Positions 32,997-47,386 of a stretch of 64,000 nt of DNA are shown in pieces. This DNA is from Chrysemys picta bellii. Lineage: Eukaryota. A model generated the notes under the pieces. It ran no database searches. It was given only the letters and a program-made list of their open reading frames with translations, and was not told where the DNA came from. A program made the translations under genes and the position numbers. Where the stretch lies: positions 26,226,001 to 26,290,000 of the forward strand of contig NC_088806.1 in the NCBI RefSeq assembly GCF_011386835.1. Reading direction: 5' to 3'. Each line of letters starts with the position of its first letter. The stretch's first letter is position 1.

Positions 32997-34654
32997 TGGG
33001 CTCTTAACTGTTCCTCAGCCTATTAGCGTGTCTGCTCTGGAACACGTGTCGGGGCATGATCATATGTTTGGGTTCTTGTACATCCATCAAAGCGTGTTAG
33101 CATGTTGTATGCCTGTCAGGGCATGTTTGTGCGCATCATCTGTATGCTCACCAGGGCGAATCTGTATTATCAGCTCACAGATGCACGTCTGAGGGTTGTG
33201 TTTTCTCTTGTATGCAGGACTAGGTGTGTTAGGATCTTCTCTTGCATGCATGTCAGTGCATGTTAGCCTGCGTTGGCTCCTGTATGCACATCAGGGCATT
33301 AGCATGTGTCAGCTTTTTTGTGTCTTTCCTTGTATGTGTGTCAGGGCCTATTCATGTGTCTTCTCTTCTAGGTATGTTAGGGTGTTAGCATGTCAGCTCT
33401 TTTCTGCATGTCAGGACGTGTTAGCATGTGTAGTCTCTTCTCTGTGTGTTAGGGCATGTTGGAGTGTGTCAGCTCCATGCAGCTACATAGCAGGGCCTGT
33501 TTGTGTGTCACGTGGTACCATAGGGTGGAAGGAGACATCTTTACACTTCATAGCACTGTTCCCTTTCCCCTGGTTCTATAGTCACGTGAGCAGCACCGGG
33601 TCCCTGCCTCCACTGGGTCAGCCCGGGAGCTCCGGTTAGTGCTGCTTGGCAATTCTCCTTTCACACACACAGCAGTGAGCCAAGCTGTCCTCCCTCACGC
33701 CAATAGCAGATACCTGGAACTCGCCCCCGGAGGACAGTTACAGAGTGCAGAAGACTACTCTCAGTCACCCCTGGTTTTGCTGCTGGAGTCACCCGTGGAA
33801 TGTATTTCTAGCACCGCGAGCTGCTGTGGACCCCAGCTCCTTGAGGGGGGAAGAGTCACCTCTGAGACCCGCATGCTTGGCTTGGGGGAGGCGCAGTACC
33901 AAGGCACACACCCCTGCCCTACACTCAGCGTGCACGCTGACAACATCCATCCCCTTTCTCCCCACGGGCTGGCACCCGTGTGCAGGGCCAAGGCAAGATC
34001 TTCTCGCCGCTTGCAGCTTTGACTACACTAAGGTGATAGCTGAGGGCTCCAGCCCCAGCCCTGTCTGGGATCTAGGGACAAAGCAGCCCTATGGCTCACA
34101 GCCCACGCTATCCCCCTGTCCTACGTGCTGGGGGCTTGGGTACAGAAAAGAAACATGGACCCAGCCCAGAAGGCCAATGTATCTCTAACCAGCTACAGTC
34201 CCCATGCCCATCTGCTCATAGGGCCACCTCTATAGATGTAGAAGCCCTTCCCCCTGCCCCCCAAAGTAGGATGGTGCTGCCCATAGAAGGGGTCTCATTC
34301 TATAAACAGGCCTTTCTGCCATCTTGGATTGGATCCTTTCTCCACTGGGAAGCAGCCTCGGGCAGGGGAGTTGCGCTAAGGCAGGAGAAGAGCCAGGAAG
34401 TGCCTGGAGGGAATGTGCATGCTCTGTTCCAGCTGCCCGCTCTGGCCTGGGAAGGGGGAAGAAGCCAGCCTTTGGAGCTCTCCAGGAGGGTGGCATTCTG
34501 CGTGCCCGTGTTCCCCTCTGGTACAAGGATGGGGAGAGGGGAAAAGTGTCTCCCCCATGACCGGTCTCTGCTAGCAGGGACAGAGAGAGAGAGGCAGCCC
34601 ATGGTCTGATCTCCTCGCCAGCAGCCTGAGCACCAGCAGATGCCAGTCCTCTTC

Positions 34655-34790
34655 AGTGATGTTTTATAGATGGAAACTGAGGCACAGGGAGTGGAAGTGA
34701 CTTGCCCAAGACTGCACAGTGAGTTAGTGCCAGAGCTGGGCACAGAACCCAGGAGTTGACTCCCCCCCTCCCTGCTCTAACCACTAGACT
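34655..34790 (-). mobile_element. MIR/CORE-SINE-like fragment
   Basis: ttttatagatggaaactgaggcacagggagtggaagtgacttgcccaag...agagctgggcacagaacccagg. Confidence 0.7.
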
Positions 34791-37275
34791 GGCTGCCTCC
34801 TGGCCTTTGACAGAGGGACGCATGCAGCAAGCCCCATTTACAGACGCTTCTGTCAACGCTGCCTGCTCCTGTGGGCAAGGGCTGTCCCTGCTTGCACCCA
34901 AGCTGGCAAGGCCAGGCCCTTGTGCTTTGCTGACTCCCCACCCCCCAATCCCAAACTGCAGTTTTGGGCAGATGCACAGAGCCCTCTCTCCCCTAGGGGG
35001 CACCAGCTCCCCACATTGGAAGGGTTCTCGTGCAAAGCATCAATTCAGCAGAGCTGGGCAGATTAACCCACCACTAACTAGCTCCTGCTTCTGTTCAGTA
35101 CCAGCCCCGCTGCCAGGGCACGGCACTCCCCACATTCTGCACAGCAACAGGGCACATCAGCCAGCGCCTTGCGAGCCTCTCGGAGCAACCTGCAGGGTGT
35201 GGAAGTCGGGACTCCCAGTTCTAGTCCCAGTTCTGATATTGACTCGTTTTGGGCATGTCGTTTTGCAGCTCTGTGCCTCAGTTTCCCTTCTGCCCAATGG
35301 GGCTCACCCTCTTCAGCGACCTGCCATGAGAATTAGTGGAGTTGGGAGGTGTGTTGAGATCCAGAGCTGGAACAGTGCCCTCGCTCTCTGAACTCCAGAG
35401 CTCCCCCGGAGAGTGACGCCTGGTTCCCCTCATTGCCTCCCTGGGGGCAGGAGTTGCTGAGACAGCACTTTCTCACTTCCCTTCCCTCTCTCCCCCTGCA
35501 GATTTCCAGTGTGAATGTTGTGACCTGGCTTAGGAAAAGGTCCCTATTTTTAGCAAGGGAAGGAAGAGCCCGCTGCGCTTCTGTCCAAGAGAGCCCTGGT
35601 GCTACTTTTCCAAACTCCACTGGATTGCGCCCAGCTGGGGACTGCTTCCCATTGTGAGAGCCCAGAAGGGGGACAGCAAATGAGTCTGGGCCCTGGGAGC
35701 TCCCAGGGGGGAGCAGTATCACAGATCTCCCCAAGAGGACAGCTGTGATCATCCAGCCTGAGCTCATGTGTGTCACAGGCCTGAGAATCAGGGCTGCCCA
35801 GACAGGGAGCAGAGCATGGGAAGAGGCAATGCATTTCATCCCCCTCTCGCCTGCCTGCTCTGCTCAGGTGGTGGGCTCATTAGATGATCTGCCAAGCTAA
35901 GCCGTGCCTGGGTGGGAGATCTAGAGAGCGCCAACATATGGTTGTTATTAAAACACTGCAGGGGACAGCGCCCAGCAGTCTGTGTGCAGCGCCCAGGTGC
36001 CAGACTGAATGCTTCATGCCCCCCGGCGTGTAAAAGCAGAGCTTGACTCGGTCTTTTAAAAGACATTCCCAAGAAGCCAGTCGGGCTCAGGAACGAGCCA
36101 GGTTCACAGAACAGGGAGGGGAGCAGTGTTGCGGGGCAGGAGAGAAATTGCTAATGTGGGGAGTTGACAGCATGATCTGGGAAGGGGGACGTAGCAAGGG
36201 AGTGTGGCCAAGTGGATAGAACGAGTGGGGGACCGGACTCCTGGGTTCTATCCCCAACCATGGGAAGGAGTCAAAGGGTGTCAGTGATTAGAGGTGGGGC
36301 ACTGGGAGGCAGGACTCCTGGGTTCTCTCCAACTCTGGGAGTGGAAGGTGGTTGGAGCAGGAGAAAGCTAGAACTCAGACTCCTGGTCCCGGCTCTGCTG
36401 CCATTGTGTGGGGTTGAGGGACATTTTGGGGATGGTTGAGGGGAGTTAGAGAATAAGGATGAATTGGGGGGAACGCTAACAACATCTGATTGGTGCATCT
36501 CCCATGCTACGCCCTGCTGTGCTCAGTGATGGCCTCAGCGCTCCACAAGAGGGCACCCCTCTCCTCCCATGAGCGCATCCAGGAGCAGGAGGTTTCCAGG
36601 TGGTCTGGGGACTAGGAGCAGGACCCCCTGGAGAGGGGAGAGGCCCAGAAAGCTGGGGGGGTGAGCCGAGGAGCCGGTCTGCAGGGACGAGGGCTGAGGT
36701 GGGGGGCTCATAGCAGGAGATCTGGGAGTGGGAAGAAGGCAGCAGGGTGGCGGTACATGGCAGCCCAGGAGGGAAGGAGACAGGGAGAACATAGGATATC
36801 CCAGGGGTCCAGCTCAGAGGCCCTGCTCTCAAGCCAGGGAGCAGCCCCAAACCTGACCTGTTCCTCACTGCCTCCCTGCTGAGGGTAGAAGCTGGCCATG
36901 GTGGGTGCTGGTCAGCTGTGACAGGAGGCAGCTGCTCCACACCCAGCACTGGACAGGCAGGTCCTGAGGCTGTGGGCATAGACAGATGGCCCATGCCCTG
37001 CACCACCCCCACACCCCTGAGCTGCAGGCTCTGAAAGCAGCCTGGGAGCATACCCTGGGTCTGGGAAGGAGCATGGGCTAGTGCTTAGAGCGGTGACTGT
37101 GAGCCAGGACTGCTGGGTTCTATCTCCACCCCTAAGACTCCTATATCCCCCGTCCTTTCCCTAACCTCTTAACCAGAAAAGCCATATTCTGCACCCTGCC
37201 TGGTCTGTTCTGCAGCCCCCACTCCTGGGCCAGGGTCCCCTATGGGGCCAGCCTGACAGTGTACTCCCTGGCCTC

Positions 37276-37388
37276 TAGGGTGACCAGATGTCCTGATTTT
37301 ATAGGGACAGTCGCGATTTTTCTTATATAGGCTCTTATTACTCCCCAACCCTGTCCTGATTTTTCACACTTGCTGTCTGGTCACCCTA
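37276..37388. mobile_element. 113-bp hAT MITE
   Basis: Perfect 13-bp TIR TAGGGTGACCAGA/TCTGGTCACCCTA; 8-bp TSD CTGGCCTC. Confidence 0.93.
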
Positions 37389-38217
37389 CTGGCCTCACCT
37401 CTTAGCCTCCCAGAGTCCCCGGCTGTGATGAGCCAAGAGGCAGAACACACCTCAAGGAAATATTAGCCCAAGGTAAATAAGCCACCCCTCCTCTGGTTAC
37501 CTGCCCAGATGGGAGCTAGGAAGCAGGACAAGGAGATGTGGGGCAAGGAGCCAGGGCTGCTGCCTGTGAGGAAAGGGGCTCAGATCATTATCCAGGGTAT
37601 GGGCTCCTCCTACCTCCCCCTGATCCTCCCCAGGGCCCCAGGCCAGCACACACCGCCCCAAAGGGTTGGCGGGAACCCTGCCAGCGAGTGCTGGGGAGCT
37701 CCTAGCGCTGCAGTCCCAGGGCCCCCCAGCAGGAGACGCTGGAGGGAATGGCATTGGGGCATTGCCCATAGGGGAACGCTCTGCTGTTCCACCCCTGGGC
37801 CCCCCAGCAGGAGACGCTGGAGGGAATGGTATCTCTCCCTTCCCCATCCCAGCTATGAACGCCAGGGGTCTGTATCCCTCTGCTATGCTAGCTGGCAGAT
37901 CACCTCTGTCTGCAATGGGGGCCATGCCTGGAGCCATCCCAGGGAGGAGAGCTCTCTCTGGGGATCCGTCAGATGCCCCGTAGTGGGGGCTACCATGGGC
38001 TGAACAGCCCCTTCCCACCGCCCAGCTGAGTCCCAGAGGGGTTTGCGGATTAAGCTGAAGGTTAGGCCTAGGCTGTGGGGCTTGGCTGGGAAGCACAGTA
38101 TCTCCTGCTAGGTGACCAGAGACCCCTTTGGAGCAGGCTTCTACCTCAACCCACAGCAAGAGAGAATAGGGCCGCCTGCACCTGACTGGGGGCTGTGTTA
38201 GGACTTGGTAGGTGACC

Positions 38218-38777
38218 TGTCACAGGCTGCTCGACTCACCGCCAGAGCGCCTCCTTCTGGCCACATCTGCAGATGCACTCTGTGGGTCAAAACCCCTTCC
38301 TGCAGGGGCACTCCATCACTTCTCTGGGTCTGGCTCTCAGGACTCGACTGCTCCCGCTTCATGGCTTGCCCCTTCCCAGGTCACTGTAGTTTTCCCTGCC
38401 AGGAGGGGCATGTTCTCAAAGTGTCTCAAGACCCACCATCTTGGGCAGTTTTCTCTTTCACTGACCCTTAACAGCACCACCACCCAGTGGCAGGCCAGGG
38501 AACCCAGCCCAGCCCTCTACACTGAAACAGCCCAGAGACTCTACAACAAGCAGCCAGGGTCTGGACAGCTCTAAACCATAACTAGCCAGCCCTTCCCTCA
38601 CCTTGAGAGACTACAGCCCCCTTGTGCAGGCAAGATCCTGGGCTTTATACAGGCCCCTCCTGTTCCTGTCCAGCTGAGCTTCGTCCCTAATTAATCCCTG
38701 CTCTGCTCCTTGGTGCAGCCGGGGCTGGTAACTGGCCCACGTGGCCAGGCCTTGTGTGGAGTGGATACCCCATCACA
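38218..38777 (-). mobile_element. Solo-LTR-like element
   Basis: TGTCACA...CATCACA termini; flanks GACC/GGCC; minus-strand TATAAA ~38650. Confidence 0.6.
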
Positions 38778-40179
38778 GGCCTGTGGGCTGCATAGGATCT
38801 TACAGCAATGGGTGTCACTCAGGGTTCCATTTGGCTCGTGTCTGTCCTGAGACCTAGAAATTGCTGCTTGTTAGAGTCCCTGCAGCCGACACCTATGGGT
38901 ACAGGCTGGTGGGCTGCATGGCAGGTCTTGGGGGTCCCACATTGGACCCCTGGGCTGCCCCTGACCATAGCCCCCAGAAAGGGAACACAGGACCAGAGCA
39001 GCTCTGCTGCTGCGGAGGCCTCAGCAATGGGGCCCTGGGAGCAGGACCAAGGCATTAGTGAGAGCATTAGTGAGAGCAAGTCTGGCTTCAGCGGCTGCTC
39101 CCCGCAAAAGGGCCTGGAGCCGCTCCGTCTGGCTGCTGGTGTGAAATGAGCCAGAGGCCAGGCCTGGCTGGGAGCCGTTCTCCTCCAAGTTCTCCCCTGT
39201 GGAATGAGCTGGCCAGGTCTCAGTCCAGTTCCTAGCAGCCGTAGAACCACAGGTGCTAACTGGGCCTGAGTCAGGAGGGGGCCAAGGACTGAGCAGGCCA
39301 GGGAGACAGACCTCCCCTCTCTCCCCAGGGGTGCGTCTCCTCCCGCGCTGGGCTGCGGCTGGCACGAACGAGCAGAGGGGTTCCTTCCAATCAAGGCCTG
39401 TGCGAGGGGCTGGGAAGCTGTGGACTCCTGGCCCGGAAGCTCAGGAGCTAGGGATTGCAGCCGGTCTCCTAGGCCCAGCCCGAAGAGGGGCTCCAGAGAC
39501 ATGGCTGAAGGAATTCTAGCCCGATATTCCCCTCAGCGGGCGAGCCCACCCCAGCATGGAGCGCCCCTTGGGTCCCCTGGGAGAGGCCTCGCCTGGGGCT
39601 GCCCTGGCTAATTAGTCGCCATGCACGGCAGGCGCCGGCCAAAGTGGCGGCTGTCTCCAGCTGCCTCCGGATGGGGGCCCAGGCTGAGATGCCCTGGGCC
39701 TGATCTTGAGCGAGAGCTGGGCCCTGCAGCTCCCGCTGACAGAAGGGAGCCCAGCAGCTCTAGGCTCTCTTGGTGGGCACCCACCATCAGTGACCATGCT
39801 TGAAAATCCAGGCTGGACCCCAGGGCTAGCTCTTCAGCCCCAATTGCCCTCGTGGGAGGGAGTCACGCACCAACTGGGGAGATCTCTAACCAGAGATCCA
39901 AGAGTCTATGGGCTATGAGATTTCACAGCTCCCTCCAGCCTTGGGCTCACCCGCTCTGAGTTTCATGTTCATTTAAGATGCTCCTGGTCCCCCAGAGCAA
40001 GCAGTAAGGTACCCTCCCTAACCCAGAGCTTTCAGTGCTCCCAAGGGCCATGGACTCCTCCCAATGGATGTGTCTGACATAAGTCGTTGCGGTGGAGGGC
40101 AGTCTAGTAGTTAGCGCGGGTGGAGTGGACACTGGGAGGCCTGGCTCTGGCAGAGAGTGGGGTCTAGTGGTTAGAGCTG

Positions 40180-40400
40180 GAGATTAGGGTTCAGGACTCC
40201 TGGGATCTATTCCCAGTTCTTCCACTGACTCACCATGCAACCTTGGCCTTAACCGCTCTCTGCCTCAGTTTCCCCATGTGTAAAATGGGGATAATGCTCT
40301 GCAGGAGGAGAGAAGGGGCACTCTGGGACTCGACGGATTAATGCACAGTGCTTTGAGAGCCTAGGGTGGTGGGTGCTACAGAAGAGCGAGTATGTACCAG
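40180..40400 (+). mobile_element. MIR/CORE-SINE-like fragment
   Basis: caggactcctgggatctattccc...gcctcagtttccccatgtgtaaaatggggataatg. Confidence 0.7.
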
Positions 40401-43400
40401 ATGTGACAGGCAACGGGTGCTGCCCACAGAGGTGCCCCAGCACGGGTGTCCACACCTCTCTCCCACCGGCCCTGTGGCTGCAGCGCAACAGTTGGGGATG
40501 AGATGGGGGATGGTTGCAGAGTGTTAGGAGGCTGCTGGGTGCTCACTGCAGAGCCCTGGGTCCCCTAGAAGCTAGGCTGGGGCTGGTTAGCCAGAGCCCC
40601 GGGTATCCGAATGCTCTGGCAGCAGCACCTCCTTCCTGGAAGCAGCCTGAGGACAGCAGGGGACTTACGACTTCTGTCTGCCTGGGTCTGATCTGTTTCC
40701 GTAAGCGGAGCTGCCTGGGGGGCTAAATGGATCCACGGATCGATGGCAGGAGCTGCTTGCTCTTGGAGATGGACAAGCCTCTTTTGCAGCTGAGCTCAGC
40801 TGCTGTGTTGGGCTGGGGGGGGAGGGGGGCTGCAGAGGATGATGTAGGGGGAGGGAACCTCGCTTCCTGGCGGGGTGGGGGGATGAGGGTGGGCAAACAG
40901 GAAGGGTGGGGAAGCCCCTGGAGCAGTGGTACTCAACCTTTTCCATGCTGGGACCCCCCAAACTTCCTTCCCCTCTCACTGGAAATCCCCCTTCCCCTTA
41001 GCAATATGGGGAGGGGCGGGTGGCCGTGACCCCTTGACATCTGCCTGAGACCCCGAGGTTGGGACCCCTCCTAGAGGTTCAGCTGCTCAGAGCTCTCCTC
41101 AAAACGGGCAACTTGCAGCCGCCCTGGGTCCCATCGCTGTGGAAAGCAGCAGCTCCCTTCACAGCCCCAAGCAGACATGGGCCTTAGCTGCAGGCGCTGG
41201 ATCCGGATTCTGGACACCCCAAAGTTTGCATCTAAGGGTTTAGTTTTGCTATTTGCAGCAATGAGGCCATTTGCCAGACCCAGATGTAAGATCTGGATTC
41301 CCACGTCCCGAGCTGAAGGAGGCTGGACCTGGGCTCACTGTTCTGACCCATCAACAGCTGAAGGAGCCTTGTCCGGGATGCCAGACGGTGCCATCAAAGA
41401 GCTTCCATGCACACAACTACATTCCTGCTCCGCCTCATTCCCTGCCTCAAGCCCACCACTGCAAAGGTCCCCGGTGGTCCAGCTGCCATTTGTCATCTGC
41501 TGCCCATAGCATCGTTAGCCAGCCTCCCTGCTGGGCACGAGACAACCTGCCTTGTGGAGAAAGGCAGCAGGAGGGTGAGAGCAGGTGGATCTGTCTGTCC
41601 TCCCCACACTGCTGCTGTCTCTGGAGCATGGAAATCACCATCTCATTCAAGCTGGGGCCATGATTAGACCCCATGGCATCTTGCCCACACAAGGCAGCAG
41701 CTGCTAGAGAGAGGGGCTACTGTCCAGGGAATAGGAGCCAGATGAGCTGTGGCTCGTCCAGGCAGAGTTTGCCTGTAATTACTATCCCCTCCTTGGGACC
41801 CGTGACCAAGCCCCGGTGGCAGAGGCTGCATGACCAGCCCAGTCACTCCTTGGCCCTTCTGAGACCGCTGGTGCCAGCAGTTGGCGGTTCTGTGATGTGC
41901 AAGCCAGAAGCTGGATTGACACCAGACAAACTCAGTCCGTGCATGGGGCCCTTCATTGGGGCCAGGGATGGGCCAGCGACCCAAGCCTGATCCCAAGGAG
42001 CAACCCAGTCCCCTGCTTAGTACCTCAACGCCGCCTCATCAGGTCTCAGCTGAGGCGTCCAGCTCCCCAGCCTCAAACTTCCACCTGTGTTCCAGTCAGG
42101 AGGGCATCTCCCCTCCCAACTCATCTCCCGTCCTTCTGCTTCATCTTCCCTCTGAGCCACGGAGCCAGCACTGGCTGCTCGGGACCCCACAGCCTGGTGG
42201 GGCTGAAGCTGCCAGGCCAGAGGACGAGAAGAGTCTCCAGGCCGCTCTGGATCCACCTCCAGGTGCAGGAGTGTGCCAGAGGCTGGGAAGCCCTTTGGGA
42301 GGAATTAATGGTATCTTGCCTGCAAATCTGCCCCCATTCGTCTTCAAGCTATGCATGTAGGGATCAACGCCCTGCTGAAATGCAACCGCCTCTGGGGAGT
42401 TGCACCGTGGCCAGTGCATGTCAAAACAGTGCAGGGGGGTGGATTTTAGCCAAGGCCCCCAACTCCTACCATAAATGCCACGTGCTGGTGAACCCCTGCA
42501 CAGAGCCTGGATTGTTAAGGGTTCCACCCAAACACTCCCCAAGGCTACCTGGAATTCGATTCCTCCCCCTCCACTGGACAAAGGACCCAGCTGTTGTTCC
42601 AGGGTGGGGGCGGTGAAGCCTGACGCTTAAACCCTAACCCATGCCCTGGCTGGAGTAGGATGGCAATCTGACCGGAGGGTGTAAACAGATCTCCCCCACG
42701 TGCCACCAGACCAAGGCCTTCTCCAGACAGGAGAGTCCAGGCTCTTGTACAGCTCCAGCAGGGAAACACTCAGTGCAGACAGACAAAGTCCGGATTTGCA
42801 CCAGGGAGGCTCAGGCATGATTGGAACCGGGCTAAGCGGCACCACTGCAAATCACTGTCTATAGCAGCTTTGCCTGCCCATGCCGGGGTTTGCAATGGTG
42901 GCTAGAACTGGGACAAATCCCCCAGGCTAGCCTAGGTCTCACTGTCCCAAAGGGGCACAGGAGAGCTGCCTGGTATTTGCTCAAACCAGGACCGTTGTTT
43001 GCGCTGAGGGATCACAGTGCAGGGTCACTTTCCCACCCCTCGGCTGGTCTGCGTTCCAGCTCTCGGCCCATGAATATTTCACTAGCCCTGTGCTAACACG
43101 AAGCCGGCTGGAAGGTACATTTTTCACAGCAGCCTGAACAGCGAGTCCAGGAGCTGCCACTTAATGGGTGAGTTATTACAGGAAAACGTTGAGTGCAGGT
43201 ATCAATAACCCCACGATCTGCCTGGACTCGCTGGGAGCAGGGCGGCGGGGAATGTACAGTTGCATTTTTCTGTTAATTGCCTGCTGTAACAGCCAGGGAG
43301 TAAGTCAAACCACAGGCCCGATGGGTCCCAGGGGAAGAGCCGGCCTTCCAAATCCAGCTCTCTGCTGCTTGTAATAACGAGTCTTAATGGGCTACAGGAA

Positions 43401-46400
43401 TATTAGCCAAAAAATAACTTCCCTCTGCTAGGCCAGCAGCCGCTGCAGGGTGGGTGGGTAGAGAGAGCCCCACCAGGTTCCAGCAAGGTCCAACAAGCCT
43501 TAGGCTGACTCGGGAGGTCGGTACTGATAGCATCTGCACAGAAAACCAGACCCTCAGCAAAGCCGCTCTAATCCCTGCTCTGCTGTGGATTAGCCTTGGG
43601 CAAGCCCTTTAGGCTCAGGGCTTCAACAGTGGCCTCTAAATGTGGGGGTCTCTATTTTGGGGTGCAGAAGTGCTGAGCACCTCCACACCTTGCAGTTCTA
43701 CCTGAATTCATTAGGCACTCTCTGGAAATCAGGTGTGTTGGACTAATGGTGGGCACCCTGGAAAATGCGGGGCTTAACCTTGCAATGCCTCAGTTTCCCC
43801 AGCGAAGAAGAGGGTGGGGGATAAGTTAGCTAATATTCAGAGTTAGGAAGTGCTGCGTAAGTGCCGAGAGGTGGGGGTGGGAGTTAGCCCACACAAGGGC
43901 TGCAGACAGATGAGGCAGCAGTAGAGACATCCATGTCCCAAAGGAACACAGACCTTTGTAGTGGCTAGACCGGGCACTGAGAGCCAGGACTCCTCGGTTC
44001 TAGTCCTGGCTTTGGGGGGGGGGGGCGGGGTTTCTATTGGTTAGAGTGGGGGAGACTGAGCTTTAGGGCTCCTGGCTTACGTTCCTTACTCTGGGATTGG
44101 GGTTGTCAAGCGTTTAGATCAGGGAACTGGAAGCCAGAACTCCTTCCCATTTCGTGGCTCCAAACTATATGCAAGAATAGTTCACCCACTAGTGAAATGC
44201 AGCCACCTCTGGGTTGAAAAGCAGTGGGTGCTTACCCGTGCATATCCGTCCAACAACTCAGGACAGGACATGAAGGATAACACATCCAACAGCCACTGCA
44301 CTTTCATAGACCTCAAAGCATAATTGATAGGAAGCCGGATAGTTGTGGCTTCCATATTGTCACAAGGAAATGTTACCTAGACACATAATAAGTGAAACAT
44401 CCTCCTTTCTGGGTCTTCTCTCTCTCCACTTATAGTGCCTTCTAGACATACCCTGGAGTGTCACATTTTGCAGACATGCATAAATTAGCCTCCCATCCAC
44501 CCTTGGAGAGTAGGTCTGGATCATCATCCCCATTTCACAGCTGGAGAAGCTGAGTCACTGAGAAGGGAAGCACCGTGCCCAAGGCCACCCGGAGTATCAG
44601 ATAAGGTGACGTCTGTGCCGAGCCACATGTCTCCGCATGCTCAGAAATTTCTGCAAAGCCTTCTGTGGGGCTTGAACTTTTCCATGCTGTGCTGAGCTTA
44701 AAGGGAGATTTCTCTTTGGAAAGCTAGAGCAAAATCTAGCCACTATTTTATTATATTAATTATTATTATAAGAGGGTGAGGGGAAAGCTTTTTCCTGCTG
44801 GGAAAACAATTAATTAATTTCCGATTTTTTTTTTTTTGTTCCCTTCCGTACAGCATAACTCAAAACCCAGCTGACTTGTAAATGCTGAAGCTTTCCTGTT
44901 GGCTGGGTTCTCCCCGCTGCCCAAGGCCTGATCTCTGTTTGCAAGAACATATATAGAAATAACAGAGACCAGTGAGTGAGGGAACATAGCTCTGAAAGAA
45001 GCTGGAGGGCAGGGACATTGACCGAGAACTTGGCCGGTTTTTATTGCCTGCTCCTTTTGTTTCACACAACCGGGAAGCGGGGGGAAGGACAGCGCAGGGG
45101 GGCACTAACGTAAACGACAGCAGTGGCTGCATTTGTGCATGCTAGTGACCAAAGCTTCCCCAGTTGAAGGTTAACTGTGTGTTACACCCAAGCACACCCT
45201 TGACACACCATCCCCAGATCCGCCTAGGGCCTGAACACACCCCTGAAGTGTCCCCTCCTCACCCTCTCTGGTTGTGTGCACGACCAGAACACGCTTCTCC
45301 CAGCCACCTCTCTGCCTACCCCAACCTGTTCTTCACCTTTGTCGTTTCTGCTCAGAACTCTCCTGCTAAACCTGCAGGTTCCCTGCTGATTAAAGCCTAG
45401 GATCTCTGGCTGCAGGGCTTTCCCCCTTTTCCAGTGGGCCAGAGATGAGCGGAAATGAAGTTCAACACCAGTATCCCCGTGGGGAGGCGGCCCTCCCCCA
45501 ATTGGAGCACTCTCAAGAACGGGGCCGTGGGCAGTTTGGTTTTTGCAAAGGAGACTTTAATGTGCAGAGTCAGGTTCGTAGTGCAAAGAGTTAATCTTAA
45601 AACACACGGCTTTTCTGGACAGCAAATAACAGCCCCTAAAAAGGCAAAGAGACTGACTTTTAAAACATCAAAAAAGATTGGGTAGGAAGGGAAGCAGCAG
45701 TGAGCTCGGGGAAGAGAAGTCCCCCAGAAAGCCTGATACAAAACTCTCGCCCTCAGGGGACTGCATTAGAAAAGCAATCGCTCAAAATAAACCCCCGAAG
45801 CAGAGCAGCCAAAAAGCAGCAGTGAGGGAGCCAGCTTTTTACAAAGGCACAAATCGGGAGGGTCTGGCTAACTTTACAAAGGGGGCCGGGTTCGCAGCGC
45901 AGGACTCTGGCTGCCTCCAACGTCCAAGGCGGCTGGTTAGGAAGAAGAGGAATAGCCTCGTCTGTGCTGGGGCAGGTGGAAAGCGTTACGCACAGTTACG
46001 GACACTGCACCTCCCTAAGAGCCTAAGAAGCCTCCTCGGCCAGATCCTCCTCAGGCTGAAATGGGCGTAGCTCTCTGCCCATTTACACCAGCTGACCCGT
46101 GCTATTGTATTAGATTGTGCCCGTGCACTTGTGGCATGAATAAAATTTACTTGGGCTTTTAGCGATGCAGTTACTTCCCCCTTCTTTTTATTTGGCATGG
46201 TCTTCCCCCGCCCCAGCCAGTCAGCACTAAGGCACTGGAACACTTTCTGAAGGGACAGAACAAATGGACCACTGGGAGAGAGCTTTGGCCCAGCCCCGCA
46301 GCCACCATTCTGCTGCGCTTCGAGACACTCTTGTGGTGATTGCGGGGGTTTATACAAACTCTACAAATCAATCAGAGCGTTTCCAGGGGAATTCACAGAA

Positions 46401-47380
46401 AATAAACAATTCTCCGTTCGGATTTCAACATCCCCAGCAGTGTTTGCAAATGCAGGCGAGGTGGAAAATGAAAGGGACTGGCCAGATGGAGAGGAAAGCA
46501 ACATTTGAAACAGACTGCAGCTGGGGGAAGAGGGAAACCTTTTTTTTTTTAAATAGCAAAGTAAAAGATTGTAAACACAAGGACTGCAAGCCTGGCTGTG
46601 GGTCAGAAAAGGCAGGGCCCACATTGTACCGCTGGCTGCGTGGGTTACAAGCGAGGGCAGAACTTGATTCGGTGACATCTTGCTTTTGCCACCCTAGATT
46701 TCAAGTGTAAGGTGCTCAGAAGGGGCGGAGAAGGATATATTTTCATCCCCTTGCCAGCAGCATCACACAGCAGCCATTCAAATGCTTGTCTATGATTCTT
46801 TTTTTAATCGATCAGAAAGTGAAAGCTGTGTCATTTTATGTCTCCGTGGCCCACTAGCAGCACTGCTCCCTTGCAGCTTTCGAGGTTAGAAGCTTAACCT
46901 CGCAAGTTCTGCATCTCACCCTTCACGCTTGTCTGCCAGATGACGCTCCAGCCCGAAACATGGCAACTCTCCACCAATGCCTGGATCAGCCTCCCCAAGA
47001 CCATCAAGCACACAAATATGGGTGGTTTCCTGCAGGCTGTTGTGTGGCGTGCTGTGCTCTGCCCTTCGTAGAACTGTTTGGTTCTGGCCTCCATGCAGGG
47101 ACCGTCCCATATACTAATGCCTTAGAGAGACCAGGGGTAAATCCTGCACCTAAAGAAGTCAATTTTCCCATTGCCATCAGTACAGCCAGCATTTCACCCT
47201 GAGGCTGTAATACCATCCCACGAAGTGCATATAACTATTCAGTTACATTCACACCGACTAGCCCGCATCTCGTTATGACATAGTAGAATTCTGCAGTGTA
47301 AACAAACTCATTCGATCCTCCCCAAGTGCTCTCTGGCCTTAATACAGGGCTTCATTTGGGGTTAGACCAACTATCAATTA

Positions 47381-47386
47381 TTTATT
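47381..47386 (-). terminator. Candidate RNF26 poly(A) signal (AATAAA on the minus strand)
   Basis: TTTATT on plus, ~2.0 kb past the RNF26 stop; alternatives at 46187 and 45040. Confidence 0.35.

Noticed and set aside
37719-37829. 33-bp direct repeat at 78-bp spacing
   Set aside because: Ordinary two-copy local duplication with no functional hint.
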